Shown: piece after piece, positions 20,101-38,181 of the stretch
Layout of the letters: each line of letters begins with the position of its first letter
How positions within the stretch are numbered: the first letter of the stretch is position 1
Sequence record: OL960580
Direction: 5' to 3' (one strand)
Length of the DNA stretch: 64,000 nucleotides
From: Escherichia phage vB_EcoM_SA21RB
Notes under the pieces: model-generated
Told to the model about the DNA's origin: nothing
Databases searched by the model: none
What the model saw: the letters and a program-made list of their open reading frames with translations, nothing else
Made by a program: the position numbers and the translations under genes

Positions 20101-20216
20101 ATGCATCTGGAACAACATTTGCACAATTTAGGGATTTAGTTAATAAACGTCTAAAAGATAATATAGGAAATCCAAGAGACCCTGAAAATCCAACACAGGT
20201 TAAAATAGATGAATGA
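17118..20216 (+). CDS. 7: baseplate wedge protein gp7
   Basis: ORF track, 1032 aa. Confidence 0.9.
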   Translation: MTVKAPSVTSLRISKLSANQVQVRWDDVGANFYYFVEIAETKTNSGENLPSNQYRWINLGYTANNSFFFDDADPLTSYVIRVATAAQDFEQSDWIYTEEFETFATNAYTFQNMIEMQLANKFIQEKFTLNNSDYVNFNNDTIMAALMNESFQFSPSYVDVSSISNFIIGENEYHEIQGSIQQVCKDINRVYLMESEGILYLFERYQPVVKVSNDKGQTWKAVKLFNDRVGYPLSKTVYYQSANTTYVLGYDKIFYGRKSTDVRWSADDVRFSSQDITFAKLGDQLHLGFDVEIFATYATLPANVYRIAEAITCTDDYIYVVARDKVRYIKTSNAPIDSDPLSPTYSERLFEPDTMTITGNPKAVCYKMDSIGDKVFALIIGEVETLNANPRTSKIIDSADKGIYVLNHDTKTWKRVFGNTEEERRRIQPGYANMSTDGKLVSLSSSNFKFLSDNVVNDPETVAKYQLIGAVKYEFPREWLADKHYHMMAFIADEKSDWETFTPQPMKYYAEPFFNWSKKSNTRCWINNSDRVVVVYADLKYTKVIENIPETSPDRLVHEYWDDGDCTIVMPNVKFTGFKKYASGMLFYKASGEIISYYDFNYRVRDTVEIIWKPTGVFLKAFLQNQEHETPWSPEEERGLADPDLRPLIGTMMPDSYLLQDSNFEAFCEAYIQYLSDGYGTQYNNLRNLIRNKYPREEHAWEYLWSEIYKRNIYLNADKRDAVARFFESRSYDFYSTKGIEASYKFLFKVLYNEEVEIEIESGAGTEYDIIVQSDSLTEDLVGQTIYTATGRCNVTYIERSYSNGKLQWTVTIHNLLGRLIAGQEVKAERLPSFEGEIIRGVKGKDLLQNNIDYINRSRSYYVMKIKSNLPSSRWKSDVIRFVHPVGFGFIAITLLTMFINVGLTLKHTETIINKYKNYKWDSGLPTEYADRVAKLTPTGEIEHDSVTGEAIYEPGPMAGVKYPLPDDYNAENNNSIFQGQLPSERRKLMSPLFDASGTTFAQFRDLVNKRLKDNIGNPRDPENPTQVKIDE

Positions 20217-21213
20217 TTCAAGTGTTATCTATCGTGCGATAGTTACTTCAAAATTTAGAACAGAAAAAATGTTGAATTTTTATAATTCAATTGGAAGTGG
20301 TCCGGATAAAAACACTATCTTTATCACATTTGGAAGATCAGAACCATGGTCATCAAATGAAAATGAGGCGGGCTTTGCCCCGCCTTATCCCACTGATTCT
20401 GTATTAGGTGTAACTGATATGTGGACACATATGATGGGAACAGTAAAGGTTCTTCCATCAATGCTTGATGCTGTTATTCCTCGCAGAGATTGGGGAGATA
20501 CTAGATATCCGGATCCATACACATTTAGAATTAACGATATTGTAGTGTGTAACTCAGCTCCTTACAATGCTACTGAATCAGGCGCAGGCTGGCTAGTATA
20601 TCGTTGTTTAGATGTTCCTGATACTGGAATGTGTTCAATAACATCTTTAACTGATAAGGATGAATGCCTCAAATTAGGTGGAAAATGGACTCCTTCTGCT
20701 AGGTCAATGACTCCTCCTGAAGGTCGAGGAGACGCGGAAGGAACAATCGAACCCGGCGACGGATATGTTTGGGAATATCTTTTTGAGATTCCGCCTGATG
20801 TATCTATAAATAGATGCACGAATGAATATATCGTGGTTCCTTGGCCTGAGGAATTAAAAGAAGACCCGGCTAGATGGGGGTATGAAGATAATCTCACTTG
20901 GCAACAAGATGATTTTGGATTAATTTACCGTGTTAAGGCAAATACTATCCGTTTTAAAGCATATTTAGATTCAGTTTATTTTCCTGAAGCTGCATTGCCG
21001 GGAAATAAAGGATTTAGACAAATATCAATAATCACGAATCCTCTTGAAGCTAAAGCTAATCCAAATGACCCAAACGTTAAAGCTGAAAAGGATTATTATG
21101 ATCCGGAAGATTTAATGAGGCATTCGGGCGAAATGATTTATATGGAAAATAGGCCACCTATTATCATGGCAATGGATCAAACAGAAGAAATCAATATTCT
21201 GTTTACATTTTAA
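20209..21213 (+). CDS. 8: baseplate wedge protein gp8
   Basis: ORF track, 334 aa. Confidence 0.9.
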   Translation: MNDSSVIYRAIVTSKFRTEKMLNFYNSIGSGPDKNTIFITFGRSEPWSSNENEAGFAPPYPTDSVLGVTDMWTHMMGTVKVLPSMLDAVIPRRDWGDTRYPDPYTFRINDIVVCNSAPYNATESGAGWLVYRCLDVPDTGMCSITSLTDKDECLKLGGKWTPSARSMTPPEGRGDAEGTIEPGDGYVWEYLFEIPPDVSINRCTNEYIVVPWPEELKEDPARWGYEDNLTWQQDDFGLIYRVKANTIRFKAYLDSVYFPEAALPGNKGFRQISIITNPLEAKANPNDPNVKAEKDYYDPEDLMRHSGEMIYMENRPPIIMAMDQTEEINILFTF

Positions 21214-21218
21214 CTTAA

Positions 21219-21244
21219 GGGAGCCCATGGGCTCCCTTTTTCTT
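21219..21244 (+). terminator. rho-independent terminator after gene 8
   Basis: Palindrome GGGAGCCCATGGGCTCCC followed by T-run. Confidence 0.6.
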
Positions 21245-21252
21245 TATAAATA
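21245..21252 (+). promoter_or_regulatory. T4 late promoter TATAAATA for gene 9
   Basis: Exact motif about 25 nt upstream of ATG at 21277. Confidence 0.6.
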
Positions 21253-21276
21253 CTATAAACTCATAAGGAAACCGCT

Positions 21277-22143
21277 ATGTTCATTCAAGAACCAAAGAAA
21301 TTGATTGATACCGGCGAAATTGGTAACGCTTCTACTGGTGATATCTTATTCGACGGTGGTAATAAAATTAATAGTGATTTTAACGCAATTTATAACGCGT
21401 TTGGCGATCAACGCAAAATGGCAGTAGCAAATGGCACTGGAGCAGATGGCCAAATTATCCATGCTACTGGATATTATCAAAAACACTCTATTACAGAGTA
21501 CGCAACTCCAGTAAAAGTTGGCACTAGGCATGATATTGATACCTCTACTGTAGGTGTTAAAGTTATCATTGAAAGAGGCGAACTCGGCGATTGTGTTGAA
21601 TTCATTAACTCAAATGGATCAATATCAGTTACTAATCCTTTAACAATTCAAGCTATTGATTCAATTAAAGGTGTTTCGGGTAATTTAGTAGTAACTAGTC
21701 CATATAGTAAAGTTACTTTACGCTGTATTTCATCTGATAATTCTACATCGGTTTGGAACTATTCTATTGAAAGTATGTTTGGGCAAAAGGAATCACCAGC
21801 TGAAGGTACATGGAATATTTCTACAACCGGATCAGTTGATATTCCACTATTTCATCGCACTGAATACAATATGGCTAAATTGTTAGTTACATGCCAATCA
21901 GTAGATGGAAGAAAAATTAAAACAGCAGAAATAAATATTCTTGTGGATACTGTTAATTCAGAGGTAATTTCTTCTGAATATGCTGTCATGCGAGTTGGTA
22001 ATGAAACCGAAGAAGACGAAATCGCTAATATTGCATTTAGTATTAAAGAAAATTATGTAACGGCGACTATAAGTTCTTCAACTGTCGGTATGAGAGCAGC
22101 AGTTAAAGTTATCGCTACGCAGAAAATCGGGGTGGCTCAATAA
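21277..22143 (+). CDS. 9: baseplate wedge protein gp9 (long tail fiber socket)
   Basis: ORF track, 288 aa. Confidence 0.9.
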   Translation: MFIQEPKKLIDTGEIGNASTGDILFDGGNKINSDFNAIYNAFGDQRKMAVANGTGADGQIIHATGYYQKHSITEYATPVKVGTRHDIDTSTVGVKVIIERGELGDCVEFINSNGSISVTNPLTIQAIDSIKGVSGNLVVTSPYSKVTLRCISSDNSTSVWNYSIESMFGQKESPAEGTWNISTTGSVDIPLFHRTEYNMAKLLVTCQSVDGRKIKTAEINILVDTVNSEVISSEYAVMRVGNETEEDEIANIAFSIKENYVTATISSSTVGMRAAVKVIATQKIGVAQ

Positions 22144-23951
22144 TGAAACAAAATATTAATATCGGTAATGTTGTAGATGATGGTACCGGTGACTACCTGC
22201 GTAAAGGTGGTATAAAAATAAATGAAAACTTTGATGAGCTTTATTATGAACTCGGTGATGGTGATGTTCCATATTCAGCCGGTGCCTGGAAAACTTATGA
22301 TGCTTCATCTGGCCAAACATTAAAAGCTGAGTGGGGGAAATCATACGCTATTAATACCTCTTCTGGAAGAGTAACTATAAATCTTCCAAAAGGAACTGTC
22401 AATGATTACAACAAGGTAATTAGAGCTAGAGACGTATTTGCTACATGGAACGTCAACCCAGTTACATTAGTAGCTGCTTCCGGCGATACGATTAAAGGGT
22501 CTGCAGTACCAGTTGAAATTAATGTTCAATTCAGCGATTTGGAATTAGTGTATTGCGCCCCAGGACGTTGGGAATATGTCAAAAATAAGCAAATTGACAA
22601 AATTACCAGTTCAGACATTAGTAATGTAGCTCGTAAAGAATTTTTAGTCGAAGTCCAAGGACAAACTGACTTTTTAGATGTTTTCCGTGGAACTAGTTAT
22701 AATGTAAATAACATCAGAGTAAAACATCGTGGTAACGAATTGTATTACGGTGATGTATTTAGTGAAAACAGCGATTTTGGCTCTCCGGGCGAAAACGAAG
22801 GTGAATTAGTTCCTCTTGATGGATTTAATATTCGATTAAGACAGCCTTGTAATATCGGTGATACTGTTCAAATTGAAACATTTATGGATGGCGTATCACA
22901 GTGGAGAAGTTCATATACAAGACGTCAAATTAGAGTGTTAGATTCAAAATTAACGTCAAAAACTTCTTTAGAAGGAAGCATTTACGTTACTGATTTATCA
23001 ACAATGAAATCAATTCCGTTTTCAGCTTTTGGATTAATTCCAGGTGAACCTATTAATCCTAATTCTCTTGAGGTCCGTTTTAATGGAATTTTACAAGAAT
23101 TGGCTGGAACAGTTGGAATGCCATTATTTCATTGCGTTGGTGCCGATTCAGACGATGAAGTAGAATGCTCTGTTTTAGGTGGAACTTGGGAACAGTCTCA
23201 TACCGACTATTCAGTTGAAACTGATGAAAACGGCATACCAGAAACATTGCACTTCGATAGAGTATTTGAGCATGGCGACATTATCAATATCACCTGGTTT
23301 AATAATGATTTAGGTACATTATTAACAAAAGATGAGATTATTGATGAAACTGATAATCTCTATGTATCGCAAGGACCAGGAGTAGATATTTCCGGTGATG
23401 TAAATTTAACAGACTTCGATAAAATTGGTTGGCCAAATGTAGAAGCAGTTCAATCCTATCAACGTGAATTTAATGCTGTTTCAAATATCTTTGATACGAT
23501 TTATCCTATTGGAACTATATATGAAAACGCTGTTAATCCAAATAACCCTGTTACATATATGGGATTCGGCTCATGGAAATTATTTGGGCAAGGAAAAGTT
23601 TTAGTTGGATGGAATGAAGATATTTCGGACCCTAACTTTGCTCTAAATAACAACGATTTAGATTCGGGTGGAAATCCTTCACATACTGCAGGCGGAACAG
23701 GTGGTTCTACTTCTGTTACATTGGAAAATGCTAATCTTCCTGCAACTGAGACAGATGAAGAAGTTCTAATAGTTGATGAAAATGGATCAGTCATTGTTGG
23801 TGGATGTCAATACGATCCAGATGAATCTGGTCCAGTTTACACGAAATACCGTGAAGCTAAAGCATCTACTAACTCTACCCACACTCCGCCAACATCAATA
23901 ACTAACATTCAACCATATATTACAGTTTATCGTTGGATAAGGATTGCATAA
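22143..23951 (+). CDS. 10: baseplate wedge protein gp10
   Basis: ORF track, 602 aa. Confidence 0.9.
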   Translation: MKQNINIGNVVDDGTGDYLRKGGIKINENFDELYYELGDGDVPYSAGAWKTYDASSGQTLKAEWGKSYAINTSSGRVTINLPKGTVNDYNKVIRARDVFATWNVNPVTLVAASGDTIKGSAVPVEINVQFSDLELVYCAPGRWEYVKNKQIDKITSSDISNVARKEFLVEVQGQTDFLDVFRGTSYNVNNIRVKHRGNELYYGDVFSENSDFGSPGENEGELVPLDGFNIRLRQPCNIGDTVQIETFMDGVSQWRSSYTRRQIRVLDSKLTSKTSLEGSIYVTDLSTMKSIPFSAFGLIPGEPINPNSLEVRFNGILQELAGTVGMPLFHCVGADSDDEVECSVLGGTWEQSHTDYSVETDENGIPETLHFDRVFEHGDIINITWFNNDLGTLLTKDEIIDETDNLYVSQGPGVDISGDVNLTDFDKIGWPNVEAVQSYQREFNAVSNIFDTIYPIGTIYENAVNPNNPVTYMGFGSWKLFGQGKVLVGWNEDISDPNFALNNNDLDSGGNPSHTAGGTGGSTSVTLENANLPATETDEEVLIVDENGSVIVGGCQYDPDESGPVYTKYREAKASTNSTHTPPTSITNIQPYITVYRWIRIA

Positions 23952-24610
23952 TGAGTTTACTTAATAATAAAGCGGGAGTTATTTCCCGCTTAGCCGATTT
24001 TCTTGGTTTTAGACCTAAAACTGGCGACATCGATGTAATGAATCGTCAATCAGTTGGGTCAGTGACAATTTCTCAATTAGCGAAAGGATTTTATGAACCT
24101 AACGTAGAATCAGCTATTAATGATGTTCATAATTTTTCTATAAAAGACGTTGGTACAATTATTACTAATAAAACTGGTGTTTCTCCTGAGGGTGTTTCTC
24201 AAACTGATTATTGGGCATTTTCAGGAACTGTGACAGATGATTCGCTTCCTCCTGGTTCTCCTGTTACTGTATTAGTATTTGGTCTTCCAGTTTCAGCAAC
24301 AACCGGAATGACAGCTATCGAGTTTGTTGCCAAAGTTCGTGTTGCGCTACAAGAAGCTATTGCGTCATTTACTGCTATCAACTCATATAAAGACCATCCA
24401 ACAGATGGTAGTAAATTAGAAGTTACTTATTTAGATAATCAGAAACATGTATTAAGCACATATTCCACATATGGAATAACTATTTCCCAAGAAATTATTT
24501 CAGAATCTAAGCCCGGATATGGCACATGGAATTTGCTTGGTGCACAAACTGTAACTTTAGATAATCAGCAAACTCCAATAGTACTTTATCATTTTGAGAG
24601 AACAGCATGA
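23951..24610 (+). CDS. 11: baseplate wedge protein gp11 (short tail fiber attachment)
   Basis: ORF track (23933..24610); start set to ATG overlapping gp10 stop (TAATG), giving [20 protein letters not shown]..., 219 aa. Confidence 0.9.
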   Translation: MSLLNNKAGVISRLADFLGFRPKTGDIDVMNRQSVGSVTISQLAKGFYEPNVESAINDVHNFSIKDVGTIITNKTGVSPEGVSQTDYWAFSGTVTDDSLPPGSPVTVLVFGLPVSATTGMTAIEFVAKVRVALQEAIASFTAINSYKDHPTDGSKLEVTYLDNQKHVLSTYSTYGITISQEIISESKPGYGTWNLLGAQTVTLDNQQTPIVLYHFERTA

Positions 24611-26190
24611 GTAATAATACATATCAACACGTTTCTAATGAATCTCGTTATGTAAAATTTGATCCAACTGGTACAAATTTTCCGGCAGAGATTACTGATG
24701 TTCAGGCTGCTATAGCAGCCATTTCTCCTGCTGGTGTAAATGGGGTTCCTGATGCATCATCAACAACAAAGGGAATTTTATTTCTTGCCACTGAACAGGA
24801 AGTTATCGACGGAACTGATAATACCAAAGCAGTTACACCAGCAACGTTGGCAACAAGATTATCTTATCCAAACGCAACTGAAACTGTTTATGGATTAACA
24901 AGATATTCAACCAATGATGAAGCAATTGCCGGAGTTAATAATGAATCTTCTATAACTCCTGCTAAATTTACTGTTGCCCTTAATAATGCCTTTGAAACTC
25001 GTGTTTCAACTGAATCATCAAATGGAGTTATTAAAATTTCATCTCTACCGCAAGCATTAGCTGGCGCAGATGATACTACTGCAATGACTCCGTTAAAAAC
25101 ACAGCAGTTAGCTATTAAATTAATTGCGCAAATCGCTCCTTCTGAAACCACAGCTACCGAATCGGACCAAGGTGTTGTTCAATTGGCGACAGTAGCTCAA
25201 GTTCGTCAAGGAACCTTAAGAGAAGGCTATGCAATTTCTCCTTATACGCTAATGAATTCTACTGCTACTGAAGAATATAAAGGCGTAATTAAATTAGGAA
25301 CACAATCAGAAGTTAACTCGAATAATGCTTCTGTTGCGGTTACTGGCGCAACTCTTAATGGTCGTGGTTCTACAACGTCAATGAGAGGCGTAGTTAAATT
25401 AACTACAACCGCCGGCTCACAGAGTGGAGGCGATGCTTCATCAGCACTAGCTTGGAATGCTGACGTTATCCACCAAAGAGGTGGTCAAACGATTAATGGA
25501 ACACTTCGCATTAATAATACGCTCACAATAGCTTCAGGCGGAGCAAACATTACCGGAACAGTTAACATGACCGGTGGTTATATTCAAGGTAAGCGTGTTG
25601 TAACGCAGAATGAAATAGATAGAACTATTCCTGTCGGAGCTATTATGATGTGGGCGGCTGATAGCCTTCCTAGTGATGCTTGGCGCTTCTGTCATGGCGG
25701 AACTGTTTCAGCATCAGATTGTCCATTATATGCTTCTAGAATTGGAACAAGATACGGCGGAAGTTCATCAAATCCTGGATTACCTGATATGCGTGGCCTT
25801 TTTGTTCGCGGCTCTGGTCGTGGCTCTCACTTAACAAATCCAAATGTTAATGGTAATGACCAATTTGGTAAGCCTAGATTAGGTGTAGGTTGTACCGGTG
25901 GATATGTTGGCGAAGTACAAAAACAGCAGATGTCTTATCATAAACACGCTGGCGGATTTGGTGAGCATGATGATTCTGGAGCATTCGGTAATACCCGCAG
26001 ATCAAATTTTGTTGGTACACGTAAAGGACTTGACTGGGATAACCGTTCATATTTCACCAATGACGGATATGAAATTGACCCAGCATCACAACGAAATTCC
26101 AAATATACATTAAATCGTCCTGAATTAATTGGAAATGAAACACGTCCATGGAACATTTCTTTAAACTACATAATTAAGGTAAAAGAATGA
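24607..26190 (+). CDS. 12: short tail fiber protein gp12
   Basis: ORF track, 527 aa. Confidence 0.9.
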   Translation: MSNNTYQHVSNESRYVKFDPTGTNFPAEITDVQAAIAAISPAGVNGVPDASSTTKGILFLATEQEVIDGTDNTKAVTPATLATRLSYPNATETVYGLTRYSTNDEAIAGVNNESSITPAKFTVALNNAFETRVSTESSNGVIKISSLPQALAGADDTTAMTPLKTQQLAIKLIAQIAPSETTATESDQGVVQLATVAQVRQGTLREGYAISPYTLMNSTATEEYKGVIKLGTQSEVNSNNASVAVTGATLNGRGSTTSMRGVVKLTTTAGSQSGGDASSALAWNADVIHQRGGQTINGTLRINNTLTIASGGANITGTVNMTGGYIQGKRVVTQNEIDRTIPVGAIMMWAADSLPSDAWRFCHGGTVSASDCPLYASRIGTRYGGSSSNPGLPDMRGLFVRGSGRGSHLTNPNVNGNDQFGKPRLGVGCTGGYVGEVQKQQMSYHKHAGGFGEHDDSGAFGNTRRSNFVGTRKGLDWDNRSYFTNDGYEIDPASQRNSKYTLNRPELIGNETRPWNISLNYIIKVKE

Positions 26191-27650
26191 CAGATATTGT
26201 ACTGAATGACTTACCATTCGTTGACGGCCCTCCTGCAGAGGGCCAGAGCCGCATTTCCTGGATTAAAAACGGCGAAGAAATATTAGGAGCTGACACACAG
26301 TATGGAAGTGAAGGTTCAATGAATAGACCTACAGTTTCTGTACTAAGAAATGTTGAAGTTCTTGATAAAAACATTGGAATACTTAAAACATCTTTAGAAT
26401 CCGCGAATAGTGATATTAAAACAATTCAGGGCATCTTAGATGTATCTGGTGATATTGAAGCTTTGGCCCAAATAAGTATCAATAAAAATGATATTTCTGA
26501 CCTTAAAACGCTAACCAGTGAACATACAGAAATATTAAATGGGACTAATAGTACTGTTGACAGCATTCTTGCTGATATTGGTCCATTTAACTCCGAGGCC
26601 AACTCTGTATACAGAACGATCAGAAATGATTTACTGTGGATAAAGCGTGAACTTGGACAATACACAGGTCAAGATATTAATGGTCTTCCTGTTGTAGGAA
26701 ATCCTAGCACGGGAATGAAGCATCGCATTATTAATAATACTGATGTCATCACTTCACAGGGAATACGTTTAAGCGAATTAGAAACAAAATTTATTGAATC
26801 TGATGTAGGTTCTTTAACTATTGAAGTTGGTAATCTTCGTGAAGAGCTTGGACCGAAACCACCGTCATTTTCACAAAACATCTACAGTCGTTTAAATGAA
26901 ATTGACACTAAACAGACAACAGTTGAGTCTGACATTAGTGCTATTAAGACCTCAATAGGATATCCAGGAAATAATTCGATTATTACGAGTGTTAATACAA
27001 ACACTGATAATATTGCATCTATTAATTTAGAGCTAAATCAAAGTGGAGGTATTAAACAGCGTTTAACCGTTATTGAAACTTCTATTGGTTCAGATGATAT
27101 TCCTTCGAGTATTAAAGGCCAAATCAAAGATAATACAACTTCAATTGAAGCTCTAAATGGAATCGTCGGTGAAAACACTTCATCCGGTTTAAGAGCGAAT
27201 GTTTCGTGGTTAAACCAAATTGTTGGAACTGATTCTAGCGGTGGACAACCTTCTCCTCCTGGGTCTCTTTTAAACCGAGTTTCTACAATTGAAACTTCTG
27301 TTTCAAGCTTGAATAACGATGTTCAAAACCTACAAGTAGAGATTGGTAATAACAGCACAGGAATTAAAGGGCAAGTTGTAGCGTTAAATACTTTAGTAAA
27401 TGGAACTAATCCAAACGGTTCAACAGTCGAAGAACGTGGATTAACAAATTCAATAAAAGCTAACGAAACCAACATTGCATCAGTTACACAAGAAGTGAAT
27501 ACAGCCAAAGGTAGTATATCTTCTCTGCAAGGCGATGTTCAAGCTCTACAAGAAGCAGGTTATATTCCTGAAGCTCCAAAAGATGGTCAAGCTTACGTTC
27601 GTAAAGACGGCGAGTGGGTATTACTTTCTACCTTTTTATCACCAGCATAA
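26187..27650 (+). CDS. wac: fibritin (whisker antigen control) neck whiskers
   Basis: ORF track, 487 aa coiled-coil; C-terminal foldon [27 protein letters not shown]. Confidence 0.95.
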   Translation: MTDIVLNDLPFVDGPPAEGQSRISWIKNGEEILGADTQYGSEGSMNRPTVSVLRNVEVLDKNIGILKTSLESANSDIKTIQGILDVSGDIEALAQISINKNDISDLKTLTSEHTEILNGTNSTVDSILADIGPFNSEANSVYRTIRNDLLWIKRELGQYTGQDINGLPVVGNPSTGMKHRIINNTDVITSQGIRLSELETKFIESDVGSLTIEVGNLREELGPKPPSFSQNIYSRLNEIDTKQTTVESDISAIKTSIGYPGNNSIITSVNTNTDNIASINLELNQSGGIKQRLTVIETSIGSDDIPSSIKGQIKDNTTSIEALNGIVGENTSSGLRANVSWLNQIVGTDSSGGQPSPPGSLLNRVSTIETSVSSLNNDVQNLQVEIGNNSTGIKGQVVALNTLVNGTNPNGSTVEERGLTNSIKANETNIASVTQEVNTAKGSISSLQGDVQALQEAGYIPEAPKDGQAYVRKDGEWVLLSTFLSPA

Positions 27651-27653
27651 CAT

Positions 27654-27680
27654 GGGGCCGCAAGGCCCCAAAGGATTTTT
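27654..27680 (+). terminator. rho-independent terminator after wac
   Basis: GGGGCC-GCAA-GGCCCC hairpin followed by T-rich tract. Confidence 0.6.
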
Positions 27681-27682
27681 AA

Positions 27683-29384
<1,702 letters not shown>

Positions 29385-29425
29385 TAAATATTATAAACTA
29401 ATTAAAGCCCAGATTAGGAGAAATC

Positions 29426-32566
<3,141 letters not shown>

Positions 32567-32594
32567 TATTAAAGCATATTAAAGAGGATTAAAA

Positions 32595-34574
32595 ATGACT
32601 TTATTATCTCCGGGCATTGAGCTCAAAGAAACTACGGTTCAAAGCACCGTGGTTAATAACTCTACTGGTACAGCAGCTTTGGCCGGTAAATTCCAGTGGG
32701 GTCCTGCTTTTCAGATTAAACAGGTTACAAATGAAGTAGATTTAGTTAATACTTTTGGTCAACCAACCGCTGAAACTGCTGACTATTTTATGTCTGCGAT
32801 GAATTTCTTGCAGTACGGAAATGACTTACGAGTAGTTCGTGCTGTTGATAGAGATACCGCTAAAAACTCATCGCCAATTGCTGGTAATATTGAATACACA
32901 ATTTCTACCCCAGGTAGTAACTACGCGGTTGGAGATAAAATCACGGTCAAATATGTTTCAGATGATATTGAAACTGAAGGTAAAATTACTGAAGTAGACG
33001 CAGATGGAAAAATTAAGAAAATTAATATTCCTACTGCAAAAATTATCGCTAAAGCGAAAGAAGTAGGCGAATATCCAACACTAGGTTCTAACTGGACTGC
33101 GGAAATTTCTTCATCTTCCTCTGGTTTAGCTGCAGTAATAACTCTTGGAAAAATTATTACTGATTCTGGTATTTTATTAGCTGAAATTGAAAATGCTGAA
33201 GCTGCTATAACAGCTGTTGATTTTCAGGAAAATCTTAAAAAATATGGAATTCCAGGAGTAGTAGCTCTTTATCCAGGCGAATTAGGCGATAAAATCGAAA
33301 TCGAAATCGTATCTAAAGCTGACTATGCAAAAGGAGCTTCTGCATTACTCCCAATTTATCCGGGCGGTGGTACTCGTGCATCTACTGCTAAAGCAGTGTT
33401 TGGATATGGACCACAAACTGATTCACAGTACGCTATTATAGTTCGTCGCAATGATGCTATTGTTCAAAGCGTTGTTCTTTCAACGAAGCGTGGTGAAAAA
33501 GATATTTACGATAGTAACATCTATATTGATGACTTTTTCGCAAAAGGTGGTTCAGAATATATTTTCGCAACTGCACAAAACTGGCCAGAAGGCTTCTCTG
33601 GAATTTTAACTCTGTCTGGTGGATTATCGTCAAATGCTGAAGTAACAGCAGGAGATTTGATGGAAGCTTGGGACTTCTTTGCTGACCGCGAATCTGTTGA
33701 TGTTCAGTTGTTTATTGCGGGTTCTTGCGCCGGCGAATCTTTAGAAACAGCATCTACTGTCCAAAAACACGTCGTTTCAATTGGTGATGCTCGCCAAGAC
33801 TGCTTAGTATTATGCTCACCACCGCGCGAAACTGTAGTTGGAATTCCTGTAACTCGTGCTGTTGATAACTTAGTCAATTGGAGAACTGCAACAGGTTCAT
33901 ACACTGATAATAACTTTAATATCAGTTCAACCTATGCGGCAATTGATGGTAACTATAAGTATCAGTATGACAAATATAATGATGTGAATCGTTGGGTTCC
34001 ATTAGCAGCTGATATTGCTGGTTTATGCGCAAGAACTGATAACGTTTCTCATACTTGGATGTCTCCAGCTGGTTATAATCGTGGCCAAATTTTGAACGTT
34101 ATTAAACTGGCTATTGAAACTCGCCAAGCTCAGCGCGACCGTTTATACCAAGAAGCTATTAACCCGGTAACTGGCACAGGTGGCGATGGTTACGTATTGT
34201 ATGGTGATAAAACAGCTACTTCTGTTCCTTCTCCGTTTGATCGTATTAACGTTCGTCGTCTGTTTAATATGTTGAAAACGAATATCGGACGTAGTTCAAA
34301 ATATCGTTTGTTCGAATTAAACAACGCGTTTACTCGTTCATCATTCCGCACAGAAACTGCCCAGTACTTACAGGGAATTAAAGCTCTCGGTGGAATTTAT
34401 GAATATCGTGTAGTTTGCGATACAACAAATAACACTCCGTCAGTAATTGATAGAAATGAGTTTGTTGCAACATTCTACATCCAACCGGCTAGAAGCATTA
34501 ACTACATTACCTTGAACTTCGTAGCAACTGCTACTGGTGCAGATTTCGATGAGTTAACTGGTCTTGCAGGTTAA
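32595..34574 (+). CDS. 18: contractile tail sheath protein gp18
   Basis: ORF track, 659 aa. Confidence 0.95.
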   Translation: MTLLSPGIELKETTVQSTVVNNSTGTAALAGKFQWGPAFQIKQVTNEVDLVNTFGQPTAETADYFMSAMNFLQYGNDLRVVRAVDRDTAKNSSPIAGNIEYTISTPGSNYAVGDKITVKYVSDDIETEGKITEVDADGKIKKINIPTAKIIAKAKEVGEYPTLGSNWTAEISSSSSGLAAVITLGKIITDSGILLAEIENAEAAITAVDFQENLKKYGIPGVVALYPGELGDKIEIEIVSKADYAKGASALLPIYPGGGTRASTAKAVFGYGPQTDSQYAIIVRRNDAIVQSVVLSTKRGEKDIYDSNIYIDDFFAKGGSEYIFATAQNWPEGFSGILTLSGGLSSNAEVTAGDLMEAWDFFADRESVDVQLFIAGSCAGESLETASTVQKHVVSIGDARQDCLVLCSPPRETVVGIPVTRAVDNLVNWRTATGSYTDNNFNISSTYAAIDGNYKYQYDKYNDVNRWVPLAADIAGLCARTDNVSHTWMSPAGYNRGQILNVIKLAIETRQAQRDRLYQEAINPVTGTGGDGYVLYGDKTATSVPSPFDRINVRRLFNMLKTNIGRSSKYRLFELNNAFTRSSFRTETAQYLQGIKALGGIYEYRVVCDTTNNTPSVIDRNEFVATFYIQPARSINYITLNFVATATGADFDELTGLAG

Positions 34575-34609
34575 TACGGTGCATTCTAAAGGCCTGTTTC
34601 GGCAGGCCA

Positions 34610-34676
34610 TATAAATACACTATATCCTTAATTCTTTAATTCTATATGCCCTAGGTTAAACATAGGGATATAAATA
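34610..34676 (+). promoter_or_regulatory. two T4 late promoters (TATAAATA at 34610-34617 and 34669-34676) for gene 19
   Basis: Exact motifs upstream of ATG at 34691. Confidence 0.55.
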
Positions 34677-34690
34677 CTACAGAGGCTAAT

Positions 34691-35182
34691 ATGTTTGTAG
34701 ATGATGTAACACGAGCGTTTGAATCTGGTGATTTTGCTCGACCTAACTTGTTCCAAGTAGAAATTTCTTATCTTGGACAAAATTTTACGTTTCAATGTAA
34801 AGCCACTGCTTTACCAGCTGGTATTGTAGAAAAAATTCCAGTCGGATTTATGAACCGTAAAATTAACGTAGCAGGCGATCGTACATTCGATGACTGGACT
34901 ATTACAGTAATGAATGATGAGGCGCATGATGCACGCCAGAAGTTTGTTGACTGGCAAAGCATTGCTGCTGGGCAAGGAAACGAAATTACCGGTGGAAAAC
35001 CAGCAGAGTATAAAAAGAGCGCTATTGTACGCCAATATGCTCGTGACGCTAAAACTGTAACAAAAGAAGTCGAAATTAAAGGCCTGTGGCCTACTAACGT
35101 GGGTGAACTTCAATTAGATTGGGATTCAAACAATGAAATCCAAACCTTTGAAGTAACTCTCGCTCTCGATTATTGGGAATAA
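34691..35182 (+). CDS. 19: tail tube protein gp19
   Basis: ORF track, 163 aa. Confidence 0.95.
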   Translation: MFVDDVTRAFESGDFARPNLFQVEISYLGQNFTFQCKATALPAGIVEKIPVGFMNRKINVAGDRTFDDWTITVMNDEAHDARQKFVDWQSIAAGQGNEITGGKPAEYKKSAIVRQYARDAKTVTKEVEIKGLWPTNVGELQLDWDSNNEIQTFEVTLALDYWE

Positions 35183-35214
35183 AATGAATGGGGAGAAATC
35201 CCCATCCTGCTTAA

Positions 35215-36839
<1,625 letters not shown>

Positions 36840-36840
<1 letters not shown>

Positions 36841-37088
36841 TGGAAGGTTTAATTGAAGCTATTAAATCAAACGACCTCGTAGCCGCTCGTAAATTATTTG
36901 CTGAAGCCATGGCTGCAAGAACGATTGATTTAATTAAAGAAGAAAAAATCGCTATCGCTCGTAATTTCTTAATCGAAGGTGAAGAACCTGAAGATGAGGA
37001 TGATGACGAAGACGAAGATGGTGATGATAAAGACGACAAAAAAGACAAAGACTCTGACGAAGATGACGAAGACGAGGATGATGAATAA
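36840..37088 (+). CDS. 67: prohead core protein gp67 with poly-acidic C-terminal tail
   Basis: ORF track; small ORF between 20 and 68 with Asp/Glu-rich tail. Confidence 0.85.
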
Positions 37089-37513
37089 TGCTTCTGATCC
37101 CTGAAACTCATGAATTAGTTCTCGAGAATGTCGAAGCACTTATTCCTGAAGCACAGGGTCGCTTTGACGAATTGTCTTCTGCTTTAAATAAAGACGATAT
37201 AAATACAATTGTCGAGAATATGCTTGATGATGAAACTGATTTAGCAGTTGCATTAGCTTCTATTAATGAAAACATGCCGTTAAATGAATTCATTGTTAAG
37301 CACGTTTCAGCTCGTGGTGAAATTACACGTACTAAAGATCGCAAAACACGCGAACGTAATGCATTTCAAACCACTGGGCTGTCTAAAGCAAAACGTAGAC
37401 AAATTGCTCGTAAAGCTACCAAAACGAAGATTGCCAATCCAGCAGGTCAATCTCGTGCTCAGCGTAAGCGTAAAAAAGCTCTTAAACGCCGTAAAGCATT
37501 AGGATTAAGCTAA
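37088..37513 (+). CDS. 68: prohead core protein gp68
   Basis: ORF track, 141 aa. Confidence 0.85.
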
Positions 37514-38151
37514 TGAATGAACCCCAATTACTAATTGAAACTTGGGGTCAACCTGGCGAAATTATTGATGGTGTGCCAATGCTTGAATCCCACGATGGAA
37601 AAGACCTAGGTTTAAAACCGGGTTTATACATCGAAGGAATATTCATGCAAGCAGAAGTCGTCAATAGAAATAAACGTCTTTATCCAAAACGCATATTAGA
37701 AAAAGCGGTAAAAGACTATATCAATGAGCAAGTTTTAACTAAACAAGCTCTCGGAGAATTAAATCATCCTCCACGCGCTAATGTTGACCCGATGCAAGCC
37801 GCTATCATTATAGAAGATATGTGGTGGAAAGGAAATGACGTATACGGACGAGCTCGTGTTATTGAAGGTGACCACGGTCCTGGAGATAAATTAGCAGCTA
37901 ATATTCGTGCCGGATGGATTCCAGGAGTTTCTTCTCGTGGATTAGGTTCATTGACTGACACAAATAAAGGTTATCGTATCGTAAACGAAGGATTCAAATT
38001 AACTGTAGGTGTTGATGCAGTATGGGGTCCAAGTGCTCCAGATGCATGGGTAACTCCTAAGGAAATTACCGAATCACAGACGGCGGAAGCCGATACAAGT
38101 GCCGATGACGCCTATATGGCTCTCGCAGAGGCCATGAAAAAAGCGTTATAA
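37513..38151 (+). CDS. 21: prohead core protease gp21
   Basis: ORF track, 212 aa; precedes scaffold gene 22. Confidence 0.9.
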   Translation: MNEPQLLIETWGQPGEIIDGVPMLESHDGKDLGLKPGLYIEGIFMQAEVVNRNKRLYPKRILEKAVKDYINEQVLTKQALGELNHPPRANVDPMQAAIIIEDMWWKGNDVYGRARVIEGDHGPGDKLAANIRAGWIPGVSSRGLGSLTDTNKGYRIVNEGFKLTVGVDAVWGPSAPDAWVTPKEITESQTAEADTSADDAYMALAEAMKKAL

Positions 38152-38154
38152 ATA
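38147..38154 (+). promoter_or_regulatory. T4 late promoter TATAAATA for gene 22
   Basis: Exact motif upstream of ATG at 38182. Confidence 0.6.
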
Positions 38155-38181
38155 TTATTATCTAAACAACAGGACTACAAA

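Noticed and set aside
22156-22344. His-rich 62-aa minus-strand ORF
   Set aside because: Lies wholly inside gp10 on the opposite strand with no promoter or SD. The same reasoning applies to the other short antisense ORFs in the track (for example 441-656, 734-943, 13706-13906, 34811-35113, 54125-54463).
37009-37088. Acidic GAT/GAA-rich tract as a tandem repeat element
   Set aside because: It is the coding sequence of the poly-Asp/Glu C-terminal tail of prohead core protein gp67: low-complexity coding, not a non-coding repeat.
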